DNA of 64,000 nucleotides from Vicinamibacterales bacterium (lineage in GTDB: Bacteria > Acidobacteriota > Vicinamibacteria > Vicinamibacterales > JAMQPK01), in NCBI GenBank assembly GCA_963850295.1, contig CAWKKU010000014.1, positions 334,010-398,009 on the forward strand, written 5' to 3'. Of this stretch, positions 47,191 to 57,106 are shown in pieces (positions within the stretch are counted from its first letter, which is position 1; each line of letters starts with the position of its first letter). The notes under the pieces were generated by a model, which made no database searches, was not told the DNA's origin, and saw only the letters and a program-made list of their open reading frames with translations. The translations under genes were made by a program, and so were the position numbers.

Positions 47191-49299
47191 CTATTTCGCC
47201 GCCTGTGCAACTGCACGCACTTCGCCGACCATCACCCCCATGTCCTTCGTATCCGGCGTACCGGGCGGCTTGTCGGGTGAACTCCAGGTTGGCGTCACTC
47301 GCAGGTCCAATCGCACGTATCGCCCGCTCACCGCCGGCAGCGGCACTCTTACCCGCCGCCACGCCGAATCCGTCAGCGTCACTCGATCGATGGCGTGGCC
47401 GTCCATGAACATCTCCACCGACACCGGTCCGGTGAAGCGCGCGAACAATGCGCGGAGCGGAATTTCGACGTCGGTCGCGTGCCGTTCGAGGAAAAGTGTC
47501 GCCCGTTCCGATGTCCAGACATGCGTGAGATCGGTGGTGCTCTTGCGCCAGCCGCCGTGCGTGCCGTAAGTGATGCCGGCGAAATCGATCCGCTGCATTT
47601 CGCGCCCGATTCGCACCGGCACCGACGCCAGGAGGATTCCAGCAGCGACGGCAACGCTCCAGCTCCACGATGTCGCGTGCGACCGCACCGCCGATGCCGC
47701 AGGCAGTGCGCGCGGTCGGCCCACTACGGAATCTGTACTGCCATGGAAGGCCCAGCCCGCAGTCAGGCCCAACACAATCCAGAATGGGTAGGCGGTCACT
47801 TCGAGCAGTAGCGGATGTCCCGAAGACGCTGTTGTCAGGAGGAACGCCGTAATACCGCCGGCAGCGCCGAGCAGGACCGCATCGTGAGGGCGCTTGCGTA
47901 AACCCGATGCGATGATCCAGAGCGCCGCGCCGATCATCCAGACGAATGTGATGAGTCCAACAACGCCGAGCTCGGCTGCCACCTGCAGGAATGCGTTGTG
48001 CGCCTGCGCGCGCCGGAACAACGATGACACCGCAAACAGCTCTTCCGGTGCGAACCGCTCCGATAGCAGGTAATACTGCCCGACACCCACTCCAAACAGG
48101 GGTTGGGACGCGAACATGTTGACCGCCGTCTGGGTGAACATCCCCCGTGTCCGTAATGCATAGTTGACGGCAACGCTCTCGGATAACCGTTGGTAGGTGG
48201 TGGCCGCCAGGCCCAAGGTCAGTGCGGCCACTCCGACAATCGCCCACCGCGGCGCCAGCTGACGTGTGACGCGTCGCGAAGCGAGCCACCCGAACACACC
48301 CACCAGCACGACGATGGCAGCCAATAACGCCGCGCGAGTGCCGTTGATCCACAGCGCCGCAACGATGAGGCTGCCCGCGGCGATCCATCCGATTCGGCCC
48401 TTGCCTCGGCTCGCCGCCGCCGCGCCAAAGGCGAGGGGTGCAGTCAGCACGAACAGCGATGCGGCGGTGTTTACCTTCGGCGTGAACATCGACCACCGCA
48501 TGGCGAGCAGTTCCCGCCACGTCGCGGAAGCACCCACCTCACCAACAGCGGCCATCGCCAGAGCCACGAAGCTCAGCGCTCCCGCGCCGGCCGCGCCTGC
48601 GACAGACATGGCAATAAGCCGCTGCCGGTACACAGCATCGCGCGAGAGTGCGAAGGCCACGAGAAACAGCGCCACCCCTTCAACGATCAGCGCCGTCGCA
48701 ACAAAGAAGCCGAAGCCTCCCGGCCGTGCTGTTGGATCGATGTGGCCGAGATCATCGTGATATGCGCGAGTGAGGAATTCGAAGAATCTCCGGAAGTAAG
48801 GCCAGGGATGGTCGTTCCACACCTGCGCGACGTGATACACCACCAAACAGGACGCAACGGCGACAACGCCGAACAGCAGTGCCGGTGCGAGCAGGCGCGC
48901 CGGGGGATCGAACGGTGCTTCGGCAACCGCCGTCCCGGCCGCCGGTGGGGACCCTTTCCCAGAATGACGTGCCAGCAAGTGGACGGCATAACCGGCAAGA
49001 AACGTCAGAACGATCGCCTCGGTGACGCGCGCCGGGTACGCGCCGAACACACGCGTCGTCAACATCCAGCCGAGCGGCGACAGCGCGGCGACGACGAGAA
49101 GGCCATCGCCCGGCCGGACGACGCTGAGCACCAGGAGCGCCGCCATCCCGAGCTTTAACGTGTGCGGAACGTGAGGAGCCCAGAAAATTGATTGGGCCAG
49201 CACCAGAAGCACCATCGAGATCAGCAGCGCACACGCAAGTCCAGCAAAAGCGGTGAGCCCGCTTCTCGCGCGATTCGCGCCGCCGGTGAGAGAAAACAT
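47191..49299 (-). CDS. O-antigen ligase / polymerase family (Wzy_C-like) membrane protein with about 200-aa C-terminal extracytoplasmic tail domain
   Basis: Start ATG 49299, 2 nt after the upstream TAG. At least 12 helices. Signature region NGTRAALLAAIVVLVG...PLFGVGVGQYY...RAQAHNAFLQVAAELGVVGLITFVWMIG. The tail ends ...YVRLDLRVTPTWSSPDKPPGTPDTKDMGVMVGEVRAV. Confidence 0.7.
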   Translation of the reverse strand: MFSLTGGANRARSGLTAFAGLACALLISMVLLVLAQSIFWAPHVPHTLKLGMAALLVLSVVRPGDGLLVVAALSPLGWMLTTRVFGAYPARVTEAIVLTFLAGYAVHLLARHSGKGSPPAAGTAVAEAPFDPPARLLAPALLFGVVAVASCLVVYHVAQVWNDHPWPYFRRFFEFLTRAYHDDLGHIDPTARPGGFGFFVATALIVEGVALFLVAFALSRDAVYRQRLIAMSVAGAAGAGALSFVALAMAAVGEVGASATWRELLAMRWSMFTPKVNTAASLFVLTAPLAFGAAAASRGKGRIGWIAAGSLIVAALWINGTRAALLAAIVVLVGVFGWLASRRVTRQLAPRWAIVGVAALTLGLAATTYQRLSESVAVNYALRTRGMFTQTAVNMFASQPLFGVGVGQYYLLSERFAPEELFAVSSLFRRAQAHNAFLQVAAELGVVGLITFVWMIGAALWIIASGLRKRPHDAVLLGAAGGITAFLLTTASSGHPLLLEVTAYPFWIVLGLTAGWAFHGSTDSVVGRPRALPAASAVRSHATSWSWSVAVAAGILLASVPVRIGREMQRIDFAGITYGTHGGWRKSTTDLTHVWTSERATLFLERHATDVEIPLRALFARFTGPVSVEMFMDGHAIDRVTLTDSAWRRVRVPLPAVSGRYVRLDLRVTPTWSSPDKPPGTPDTKDMGVMVGEVRAVAQAAK

Positions 49300-49301
49300 T
49301 G

Positions 49302-50519
49302 CTACGAGCGCAGGACTTGCAGCGGAATGATCTGTGGAACGGGCGCAGCCTCGGCGACGGTCACCGCCTCGGGCGAGAGCTCGACCTTGCAGCACCGCCC
49401 GCACACAGGGAACAGCTCATTTTCCAGCAGCCGGCGCCGCAGCGCCACGTAGCGCTCGCCGTTCCAGATCTCCTCCAGCGGAGTTTTGGTGAGATCGCCG
49501 ACCTCTATGCGGATGAGCGGACAGAAGTACATCTTGCCGCTGAACGACACGCGGGCATTCAGGAAGGGGTACAGGCAGCGGCCTTTCAACGGCGCGCCGG
49601 GACGGTAGTAGTTGTCGAGAACGGCGTCGCTGATGAGCGGACGAGGACCGAATCGGATGCCCTTGCTCCGGCACTTTTCCGCAAGCCCCGTGATCTTCTT
49701 GCGAACCTCATCAGATGACAGGCCCGGATTCGGCGTGACGAAGGTTTGTATGAGCGTCGGATCGCTCTCGCCAAGCAGCCGCAGAGTTTCCGACACCTCT
49801 TCGGGCGTGCTGAACATCAGATGATTGAGTCCGATGGAATCGACCCCGAGCTCCTCCGCGACGTCGGCCATCCTGTCCAGCTCTTCGAGCCCTTCATGCG
49901 TCACGGTCGTGTTGATGCTGACCGGCAGGTGGACCCCTTTGCGCCGCGCGGCCTGCTGAAGGCGCCTCAGCCCCGCTGCCGTTCGCTCGAACGTGCCTTT
50001 CATTCCCCGGGCGAGATCGTGGAGATCTTTCGGACCGTCAATCGATACGCTGACGTGCTTGAGAAAGCCGGCCCGGCCGAGCTCGGCGAGCGCATCGGCA
50101 CGCGCCTCGTCGATGATCGTTCCGTTCGTCGTCAGGTAGCCGCAGGAATACCCTTTTTCATGAAACAGCGCCAGGACCTCGAAAATGTCCTTGCGCATGA
50201 AGATCTCCCCGCCCGTGATGCTGATCTGAAATCCAGACGAAGCAGGGAATGCCTGCTGCAGACGCTCGAGCGACAACTCCTGCTTCCATTCACCCTCGAT
50301 ATTCAGCTGATCACCAATCCAGCAGAACTCGCAGTGAAGATTGCAGCGCATCGTCGCTTCATACACGGCGCCGCTCGGGAGCCGGTCCGCGCGACCGGAT
50401 TTTTCGCGGACGAACCTCTCGATTTTCCGTTCGTAGTCGCGCCGCCGGCGGGCACTGATGACGCGTCGAGCCCACGGCACCAGCGCGCGCGGGACGAGCC
50501 GCCTGATGGCACTACGCAT
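49302..50519 (-). CDS. Radical SAM enzyme with C-terminal SPASM/twitch-like Cys-rich domain
   Basis: 405 aa. CxxxCxxC motif in YEATMRCNLHCEFCW; ISITGGEIFMRKD. C-terminal Cys cluster: GRCLYPFLNARVSFSGKMYFCPLI...FPVCGRCCKV. Confidence 0.8.
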   Translation of the reverse strand: MRSAIRRLVPRALVPWARRVISARRRRDYERKIERFVREKSGRADRLPSGAVYEATMRCNLHCEFCWIGDQLNIEGEWKQELSLERLQQAFPASSGFQISITGGEIFMRKDIFEVLALFHEKGYSCGYLTTNGTIIDEARADALAELGRAGFLKHVSVSIDGPKDLHDLARGMKGTFERTAAGLRRLQQAARRKGVHLPVSINTTVTHEGLEELDRMADVAEELGVDSIGLNHLMFSTPEEVSETLRLLGESDPTLIQTFVTPNPGLSSDEVRKKITGLAEKCRSKGIRFGPRPLISDAVLDNYYRPGAPLKGRCLYPFLNARVSFSGKMYFCPLIRIEVGDLTKTPLEEIWNGERYVALRRRLLENELFPVCGRCCKVELSPEAVTVAEAAPVPQIIPLQVLRS

Positions 50520-50534
50520 ACCTAGAAGAGTATC

Positions 50535-51555
50535 TCAACTTGACTGGCCGGCGTCGATTGCCGTTCGCAGTTCATCTGCGGATGCCGAGGCCGGGCCGAA
50601 TTTCGCGACCGTCACACCGGCCGCGGCGTTGGCGAGCGCTGCCGCCTCGACAAAATCGGCTCCTGCAGCCATCGCCAGAGCAAGCGCTGCGACAACGGTG
50701 TCGCCGGCGCCTGTGACATCGGCCACCTCTCTCGCCATTGCCGGCAGATACCCTTCGACGGCATCGCTCAGGAGCCACATGCCCGACTCGCCGCGCGTGA
50801 TCAGCACCGCTTTACATCCCACGCGTGTGCGGATAATCCGCGCTGCCCGCCTGGCGTCGCCATTCGAACGGATTCGCATCTGAGCGGCTGCCTCGGCCTC
50901 AGCATTGTTCGGCGTAATCACCGAAGCCCCCGAGAAGTACTCGAAGTGCCCAACCTTTGGATCGACCACCAGCGGAATCCTGAGATCGGCGCACAACGCC
51001 ACGGCCTTCGCCATCAGGGGCTGCGTCACCGATCCCTTCAAGTAATCAGAGATAACGAGCGCCCGCGCCAGACCGCGCTCCGTGCTCCATCGCGGAGACC
51101 AGCGAGTCCTGAACGTCGCCGGTCACTTCCCGATCGCTTTCGTAATCGATGCGCGCGACCTGCTGATGCCGGCTGGTCACGATTCTGACCTTCCTGGTCG
51201 TCGGGCGCTGGCGGTCGACGAGAATGCGGGCGGCGTCGATACCCGAGCGGTGCAAAGACTCGGTGAGCGTTGATCCGTGTTCGTCGGCACCCACGACACC
51301 AGCCACCGTGACCGAACCTCCCAGAGCGCGAACGTTGGCCGCGACATTGGCGGCGCCGCCGATTCGGAATTCCTCGCGATCGAACTCGACAACGGGAACA
51401 GGCGCCTCAGGCGAGATGCGCGACACCCGGCCGACGATGAAGTGGTCGAGCATGACGTCGCCAACGATCGCGATGGGCAGTCCGGCAAATCCATCGATGA
51501 GGCGTCGCGCACGATCGCTCTCGATTGCCGGCAGCAGTTCGTCAGTTGTCGTCAT
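50535..51555 (-). pseudogene. hldA: D-glycero-beta-D-manno-heptose-7-phosphate kinase (RfaE/HldE domain I, PfkB family), one frameshift near 51060-51085
   Basis: N-terminal half in 51046..51555 (IAIVGDVMLDHFIVGRVSRISPEAPVPVVEFDREEFRIGGAANVAANVRALGG). C-terminal half in the 50535..51041 frame, which reads ALVISDYLKGSVTQPL...VVDPK...ITPNNAEAE...LITRGESGMWL...DVTGAGDTVVAAL upstream of its first Met. Confidence 0.75.
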
Positions 51556-52243
51556 GACCGCCCGATCTCGAACGTCTGGCGCTCAGGCCAGTTTTCAGCC
51601 GCTGGACGAAACGCTCGAGCAGGTTCTCCTCGAAAAACGACCGGCCATCGTTGACCTGCTCGACAGGCACGGGCAACCGGCCGGCCCAACGATCGGGAAA
51701 CCGGCTGGCCACGCAAAGGTGGTAGATCGGCGAGTTCCGGTGCTGTGACGACACCAGATAGATGGTCGTGAAGCCGTTCGCGGCGAACAGCTGCCTGACG
51801 CCACCACTCATGAATCGCCAATAGTCACCGAAGCTCTCGCTGGCGTGCTCTTCCTGGAACGCCGGCACCACGACGAGGACGACATCCCGCGTCATATTGC
51901 AGAGGTTTGAGACGGCTTTGAATACGTCGAAAATGTGCTCGAGTGTCGTGTGATTGAATATCACGTCGGCGCATCCGTGCAGCTCCGGGGGCAGATTCCC
52001 TTCCAGGTTCAGCGAGATATCCCCGCCGGAAATGTCACCGCGATGGCCGCCGTAATTGGTCAGCGTATATGAACGCGCGTTGGAGAAGTAGTGGCGATAC
52101 TTCCCGCCTTCTTTGTCATCGTCACGCCATCCGCTGACATTGATCACGTCACCATGGAACAGCGGCGCAAGCTCGCGCAGCACACTGTTCGACCAGAGGC
52201 GTGGCGCTCGAAATCTGCGACCCGGTTGAAAACGCATCAGCAT
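51542..52243 (-). CDS. Methyltransferase-like protein (class I SAM fold), weak call
   Basis: 233 aa. GDVINVSGWRDDDKEGGKYRHYF...ADVIFNHTTLEHIFDVFKAVSNLCNMTRDVVLVVVP. Resembles small methyltransferase-type proteins of polysaccharide loci; the glycine-rich SAM loop is atypical. Confidence 0.4.
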   Translation of the reverse strand: MLMRFQPGRRFRAPRLWSNSVLRELAPLFHGDVINVSGWRDDDKEGGKYRHYFSNARSYTLTNYGGHRGDISGGDISLNLEGNLPPELHGCADVIFNHTTLEHIFDVFKAVSNLCNMTRDVVLVVVPAFQEEHASESFGDYWRFMSGGVRQLFAANGFTTIYLVSSQHRNSPIYHLCVASRFPDRWAGRLPVPVEQVNDGRSFFEENLLERFVQRLKTGLSARRSRSGGHDDN

Positions 52244-52249
52244 CGCCGG

Positions 52250-53781
52250 CTACCAGGCAGCGGCTGCCGGTTCGACTGGTGTCGTGACATTGCGCAGGCA
52301 AGCGTGCGCGTAGTCGGCGAGCTTGCGGATTTCCTCCGCATGCGTAGCCTGGCCGCTCGCGTGAACGCGCTGCTTCCCGAGCAGCACGGAATAGAGATTC
52401 ACGCTCTCGGACACTTCGAACACGGCGGCCACGTAGGCAGCCAGCGCGGCTTCATCGTGTTGATGCTCGGCGAGCAGCGTCGCGATGAGCGACGGCAGCT
52501 CGCGAAGGTCTGCGCAGCGCCGGACCATCGTCGGCGGCAGCGCGTTGAAGGGACGTCGCCGAATGTCATCGCCGGCTTCTGCAGGATCACGCGCCTCGAG
52601 CGCAACGGATCCGGTGATGACGGCAACGAGGGAAGCTGGCGAATGAGATCGCGCGCCTGCATCTCGGGCCTGGCAACGGCGACGCGCGGGATGTTGAGGA
52701 GCTTGCGGTAAAACGACTGCGATGCGCTTGCCCACCATCCACGGGTGCTCCTTGACGACGAGCTGCATGTCAATCGGCAGGCTGATCGCAAGCTGCCGGA
52801 TGACTTCGATCTGATTCAGAAATGGCCGGCCGTACACGAGGAGCGATACCTCCGGCTCCGCGTGCAGCGGGTAGAACACATAGCGCGATGTGCCGCAGGC
52901 GCTCCTCGGTGACGTAGTGCGCGCTCATCCGCCTGGCCGTCAGCCGGGCTCGCGCCGGGTTGACTATCGCCGCAAACATGCAGGCTGCGTAGCGGGTCGG
53001 GAACATGGTTGTCGGCCCGGCTTTCACTCTTCAGGTAGTCGTAATAGTTCCTGATAACACGCAGCGACGGCTTTCGCGGCCGACTCGCGCCGCGCATTCA
53101 CCACGAGCGCGGTCCCTGCGGAGGGGCGGCACCACGCCTTCGTATCAGTCCGTGGTCCTCGCGGACGCGGCGGATGTACTGCCGCGCGTCTTCGATGTCG
53201 CGGCGAACCGCCGGCGAGCGCTCGGCGATACGCATGCAGAAACTCCGGAGCAGGATCGTTGATGGCCGACCCGAAGATCACCCGGTCGGCAATTCGTGTC
53301 GGCCGGAGATTGAGGACGCGGATGCCGCGCGATCGCGCGAAGAGATATGCCAGATAGTCGAGAAACGTGACGCAGATGAACCCGATGACAACCTCGGGTT
53401 TGAGCGCGTCGAACAGCCGTTCGGTCGCAACCAGCCCCTCTTGCAAGATGCAGAGGAGTTGGTCATCGGTAAAGCGACGGCGGTAATCCTGCGTATTGGT
53501 GCAGTCCGGCCCCATGAACAGCCGCCGATCGGCGACGATGGCAGCGAACAGGTCTGGCTTCGCCACCCAACTGACGCTCATACCGCGCGAGCAGCTCGCG
53601 ATCGGGCTTGGCATGTCTCCTGGCCGTGACCTCCCATTCCTTCACGATGCAGGTGGCCGGCAGTTTCGAAATCGGGGGCTCTCGCGAGCCACTGCCGATA
53701 GAACATGCTGTCGGCAACGATGTAGCCGGCGCGTTCAACTTCAATTTTCTGTGAGAGCGCTGCCCGCAATCCGTCGAACAT
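52250..53781 (-). pseudogene. KpsS/KpsC (Capsule_synth)-like gene, heavily disrupted (at least 6 frame changes); paralogue of 29991..31544
   Basis: Collinear segments are scattered over at least 6 ORFs in alternating frames:
- MFDGLRAALSQKIEVERAGYIVADSMFYRQW (53578..53787).
- CIVKEWEVTARRHAKPDRELLARYERQLGG (tail of 53463..54518).
- DYRRRFTDDQLLCILQEGL...KPEVVIGFICVTFLDYLAYLFARSRG (53024..53614).
- RVIRNYYDYLKSE (52816..53097).
- FYPLHAEPEVSLLVYGRPFLNQIEVIRQLAISLPIDMQLVVKEHP (52250..52879).
- SFYRKLLNIPRV (52399..52791). Confidence 0.65.
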
Positions 53782-53817
53782 GCGCAAGACTCGTCCCCTG
53801 CGTGGCGAACAGGATTC

Positions 53818-54827
53818 TCATCGCGCGTAGGACTTCGGGGCTGAAGTGGTGAGGTTCTGCTCAATCCATTGGACGGTGCGTTCGAGGCCGGCCCGAAACG
53901 GCACCTGGCTGCGCCACCCGGTGAGCTCCGTGATGCGCCGGTTGTCCGCGACAAGCCGTTGAACCTCGCTCGGGCCCGGTCTGACGCGGCCTGCGTCGGT
54001 TTCGAACGGGCACGCGCCGATGAACGATCTCGCAGAGCAAGCTCCACCGTTTGCTTGATCGACCACTCTGTACCCGATCCGATGTTGACGACCTGGCCTT
54101 CGGCCTCACGGCACAGCGCCAGCGCGAGCATGCCGGCGGCCGTGTCGGTCACGTAATTGAAGTCGCGAGTGGGGTCGAGCGAGCCGAGCTTGAGGACCTC
54201 GCATCCTGCGAGCAGCTGGGCTGCGATCGTCGGGATGACGGCGCGCGCTGTCTGCCGCGGCCCGTATGTGTTGAAGGGACGGGCAATCACGACCGGAAGA
54301 TCGAACGACCGATGGAAGCTCTCTGCCAGCTTGTCCGCGGCAATCTTTGTCGCCGAATACGGTGACTGGCCGACGAGCGGGTGAGACTCCGGAATCGGCA
54401 CCTGCTGTGCCGTGCCGTATACCTCGGAGGTCGACACGTGCACCAGTCTGACGAGCGTCGAGCTCTCGCGGCACGCCTGAAGCACGTTCAGACGCGCCGA
54501 CGATATTGGTGTCGACATAGGAGCGCGACGCGTCGTAGCTGTACGGAATGGCGATGAGGCTGGAGAGGTGGAAGACGTACTCGCACCCGTTCACGCCTTG
54601 CCGGACACGCTCGATGTCGCGGATGTCGCCAGTGAGGATCTCGACCTGGCGGCGAACGTGCCTGCCGGGACGTCACGCAGCCAGCCGATCTCGTTCCACG
54701 AGTTGTACAAGACCAGACGCGCGCACGCGCGCTCCGGCGGCGACCAGCAGCTCGACGAGGTGACTGCCGATGAAGCCGTCCGCGCCGGTCACGAATACGC
54801 GTCCGTCCCTCGAATCGTTTCACTCAT
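53818..54827 (-). pseudogene. LegB-like NAD-dependent sugar-nucleotide 4,6-dehydratase/epimerase, about 5 frame changes
   Basis: The original ATG at 54827 still sits in an ATGA overlap with the upstream stop. Segments in different frames:
- VFVTGADGFIGSHLVELLVAAGARVRA.
- LVLYNSWNEIGWLRDVP.
- VEILTGDIRDIERVRQGVNGCEYVFHLSSLIAIPYSYDASRSYVDTNIVG.
- LNVLQACRE...HVSTSEVYGTAQQVPIPESHPLVGQSPYSATKIAADKL...ARPFNTYGPRQTARAVIPTIAAQ.
- RPGPSEVQRLVADNRRITELTGW.
The blocks match my recollection of C. jejuni LegB. Confidence 0.7.
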
Positions 54828-55885
54828 CGTCTGCGTCCCGGCTCGGCGAACAGCGCGCGCGCCCTGTCGAGATCGTCGGGTGTCCCGACGTCGCTCCAGT
54901 ACTCGTGCACGGGGAATACGGCGACGGGCAACCCTTCCTCGAGGCATCGCTGAATCAGGTCGGTGATGTCCTGGAACGTCGACTCGTGGAGCAGATTCAA
55001 TAGCGTCGGTGAAACCGCGTAGATTCCCGCATTGCACAGAAACCTCTGCGACGGCTTTTCCGTCAGTCCGGTGACGAATGCCCCTTCGGCCTGCAGTACT
55101 CCGTAAGGGATGTTGACCCGGTAATCCACCGCCGCAACGGTGATATGCGCTCCGTGCGACCGGTGGAACGCGAAGAGACTGCCGAAGTCCGACGTCGTCA
55201 GGATGTCTCCATTCATGACCAGCACCGGCGACTCGGGACGCTCCGGCAGCAACGACAGCGCCCCCGCCGTACCGAGCCGCTCCTGCTCGCGAAGATATCG
55301 GACCTCTATACCGAAATCGGCGCCATCGCGGAAATGCTCCTCGATGACGTGTGCGAGATAGTTCACCGACAGGTAGACCCGCTTGATGCCGGCACGTGCG
55401 AGCCGCTCAATCTGACGCGCCAGCATCGGCATGCCGCCAATCTCGAGCATCGGCTTCGGCACTTCATGCGTCATCGGGCGCAGCCGCGTTCCTTCCCCGC
55501 CGGCCATGATCACCGCGAACGCGAACCCGCGCGCATCGTCGATCGGCTCCTCATGGCCCAGGTCGGTGAGGTGAACCACGCGCTGGAACACGCCGGCCGC
55601 ATCCACCAGCGGGAGCGCCATGACGTTTGCGCGTCGAAGCAGGTCGATCAGGTATCCGTGCGTGCTGTTGACCTGGCCGACGACCGGATTCGGATTCATC
55701 GCACGCGACACCGGCGTCTCGAGCGTGCCGCCCGCGAGGAGACAGCGGCGCACGTCGCCGTCGGTCAGCGTGCCGACGACCCGGCCGCACTCGTCGGTCA
55801 CGATGGCGATTCGACGCTGGCTCGTTTCGATGGCGTTGACGGCATCGACGAGCAGCGCGACAGGTTGCAGCGGCCGCTCACTCAT
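54824..55885 (-). CDS. CBS-pair + nucleotidyltransferase (PtmE-like sugar-1-phosphate nucleotidylyltransferase)
   Basis: Intact. The likely start is ATG 55885 (MSERPLQPV...); the 28 codons upstream in the same frame look like the C-terminus of the preceding NeuC-like gene. CBS region RRIAIVTDECGRVVGTLTDGDVRR; NTP-transferase VIMAGGEGTRLRPMTHEVPKPMLEIGG...LGTAGAL...VMNGDILT. Confidence 0.75.
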   Translation of the reverse strand: MSERPLQPVALLVDAVNAIETSQRRIAIVTDECGRVVGTLTDGDVRRCLLAGGTLETPVSRAMNPNPVVGQVNSTHGYLIDLLRRANVMALPLVDAAGVFQRVVHLTDLGHEEPIDDARGFAFAVIMAGGEGTRLRPMTHEVPKPMLEIGGMPMLARQIERLARAGIKRVYLSVNYLAHVIEEHFRDGADFGIEVRYLREQERLGTAGALSLLPERPESPVLVMNGDILTTSDFGSLFAFHRSHGAHITVAAVDYRVNIPYGVLQAEGAFVTGLTEKPSQRFLCNAGIYAVSPTLLNLLHESTFQDITDLIQRCLEEGLPVAVFPVHEYWSDVGTPDDLDRARALFAEPGRRR

Positions 55886-55907
55886 TGAGTATCGCGCTGC
55901 CAGAGCT

Positions 55908-57106
55908 TCACCGCGAAGGGTCATCCGTTTGCGCAGGAGACGCTGGTCGATTGCAACGGTCGCCAGCACATCGGCAATCTTGGGACCGGCATCGCCGAGA
56001 TAATAGGGATTGTCGGCGCCGCGGCAGCGCGCCCGAAACTCTTCGTCGAACAGGCACCGATCGAATCGCCTGCCGGATCGACGAGCAGTCGTATCCGACG
56101 TCGATCACGTTGCCGCCTCGCAGGCGCCCGTCCTGCCGGGAGCCGATATTCACCGTCGGGCACTGGAAGGCGGGCGTCTCCTTGATGCCCGAAGATGAGT
56201 TGCCCGCACACACGACGCGCCGGCTCGGGTCCTGCGCGAGCGCGAGAACTCCATGGTAAAGATGCCGCCCCAGTGAGCGGTGTATCTGCACGTTGTCCAG
56301 ATTTCTCGCAGCGAACGCCTCGAGCTCCTCGATGATCGCCTGCCCGCCGGCGTCATTGTTCGGATACGTGACGATCACCTGAATGCCGTCCGCTGCCAGC
56401 CCGGCGATCGCCTCCAGCGCCGGGCGCACCTGGTCGCGCGCGCGGTCGAACTCCGTCGTCACGGAATGCTGAGTGAACAGGACGACGCCGCGGGAGAGAT
56501 CCAACCCCAGCCGGTCGCTCACTTCCCGGGCGGTCGCAAATCGACCCTCCTGAATGAGATCGATCGCCGGAAAGCCGACCGTATGGACCCGCCACGGTTC
56601 TTCGCCGAGCTCCAGAATGCGGTTCGATCGCCTGACGTGTTGGTGGTGAAATGCAGATGCGACAGCTTCGTCATCGCGTGCCGAACCGAGTCGTCCAGCG
56701 CACCGCCTTCCGTCAGGTCCCCGCCTTCCACGTGCGCAGTTGGAATGTTCATCTGGGTCGAGGCGATCACCGCGGCAAAGCCCTCGAACCGATCGGCATA
56801 GACCACCATGAAGTCGGGTTTCATCTCCGCGAGCACGCGGCTGACGGCAAGAACGCCGGAACCAATCGCCTGCGCCGTCGCCACGAGCGATGAGGCATCC
56901 ATCTCGATCTTGATTTCCGCATCGACGCGAAATCCGTCAGCGTGGATTTCGTCGAGCGTCCGGCCGAAGTTGCGATCGAGATGCGCGCCGGATACGAGAA
57001 GCCGGTAGTCGAGTGCCGGATGACGGTTCACGGCGCGAAGAATCGGATACTGCAGGCCGTATTCGGCGCGATTGCCGGTGAAAATCGCGATCGTGCGGCT
57101 GCGCAT
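55908..57106 (-). pseudogene. NeuC/LegG-like hydrolysing 2-epimerase, at least 2 frame changes; 3' end ambiguous (55885-55910)
   Basis: Start ATG 57106 (MRSRTIAIFTGNRAEYGLQYPILRAV...VVYADRFEGFAAVIASTQMNIPTAHVEGGDLTEGGALDDSVRHAMTKLSHLHFTTN). There is a shift near 56630-56645 to RILELGEEPWRVHTVGFPAIDL...VTYPNNDAGG...GNSSSGIKETPAFQCPTVNIGSRQ. A second shift near 56050-56070 leads to LFDEEFRARCRGADNPYYLGDAGPKIADVLATV, which then runs in-frame into the next ORF. Confidence 0.7.

Noticed and set aside
49302-50519. The idea that the radical SAM/SPASM enzyme is an anaerobic sulfatase-maturating enzyme for the sulfatase-fold protein at 1450..4284.
   Set aside because: The sulfatase-fold domain is of the LtaS/EptA type (FPTTSMSMPAMMTG) and lacks the Cys/Ser-x-Pro-x-Arg motif that anSMEs convert to formylglycine. 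The genes are also 45 kb apart on opposite strands.
55885-55969. The annotated 381-aa ORF 54824..55969 as a single protein with a 28-aa N-terminal extension (MLATVAIDQRLLRKRMTLRGEALAARYS).
   Set aside because: The extension continues the C-terminal sequence of the upstream NeuC-like gene (...GDAGPKIADVLATVAIDQRLL...) and is not part of CBS-nucleotidyltransferases. The internal ATG at 55885 is the more plausible start.
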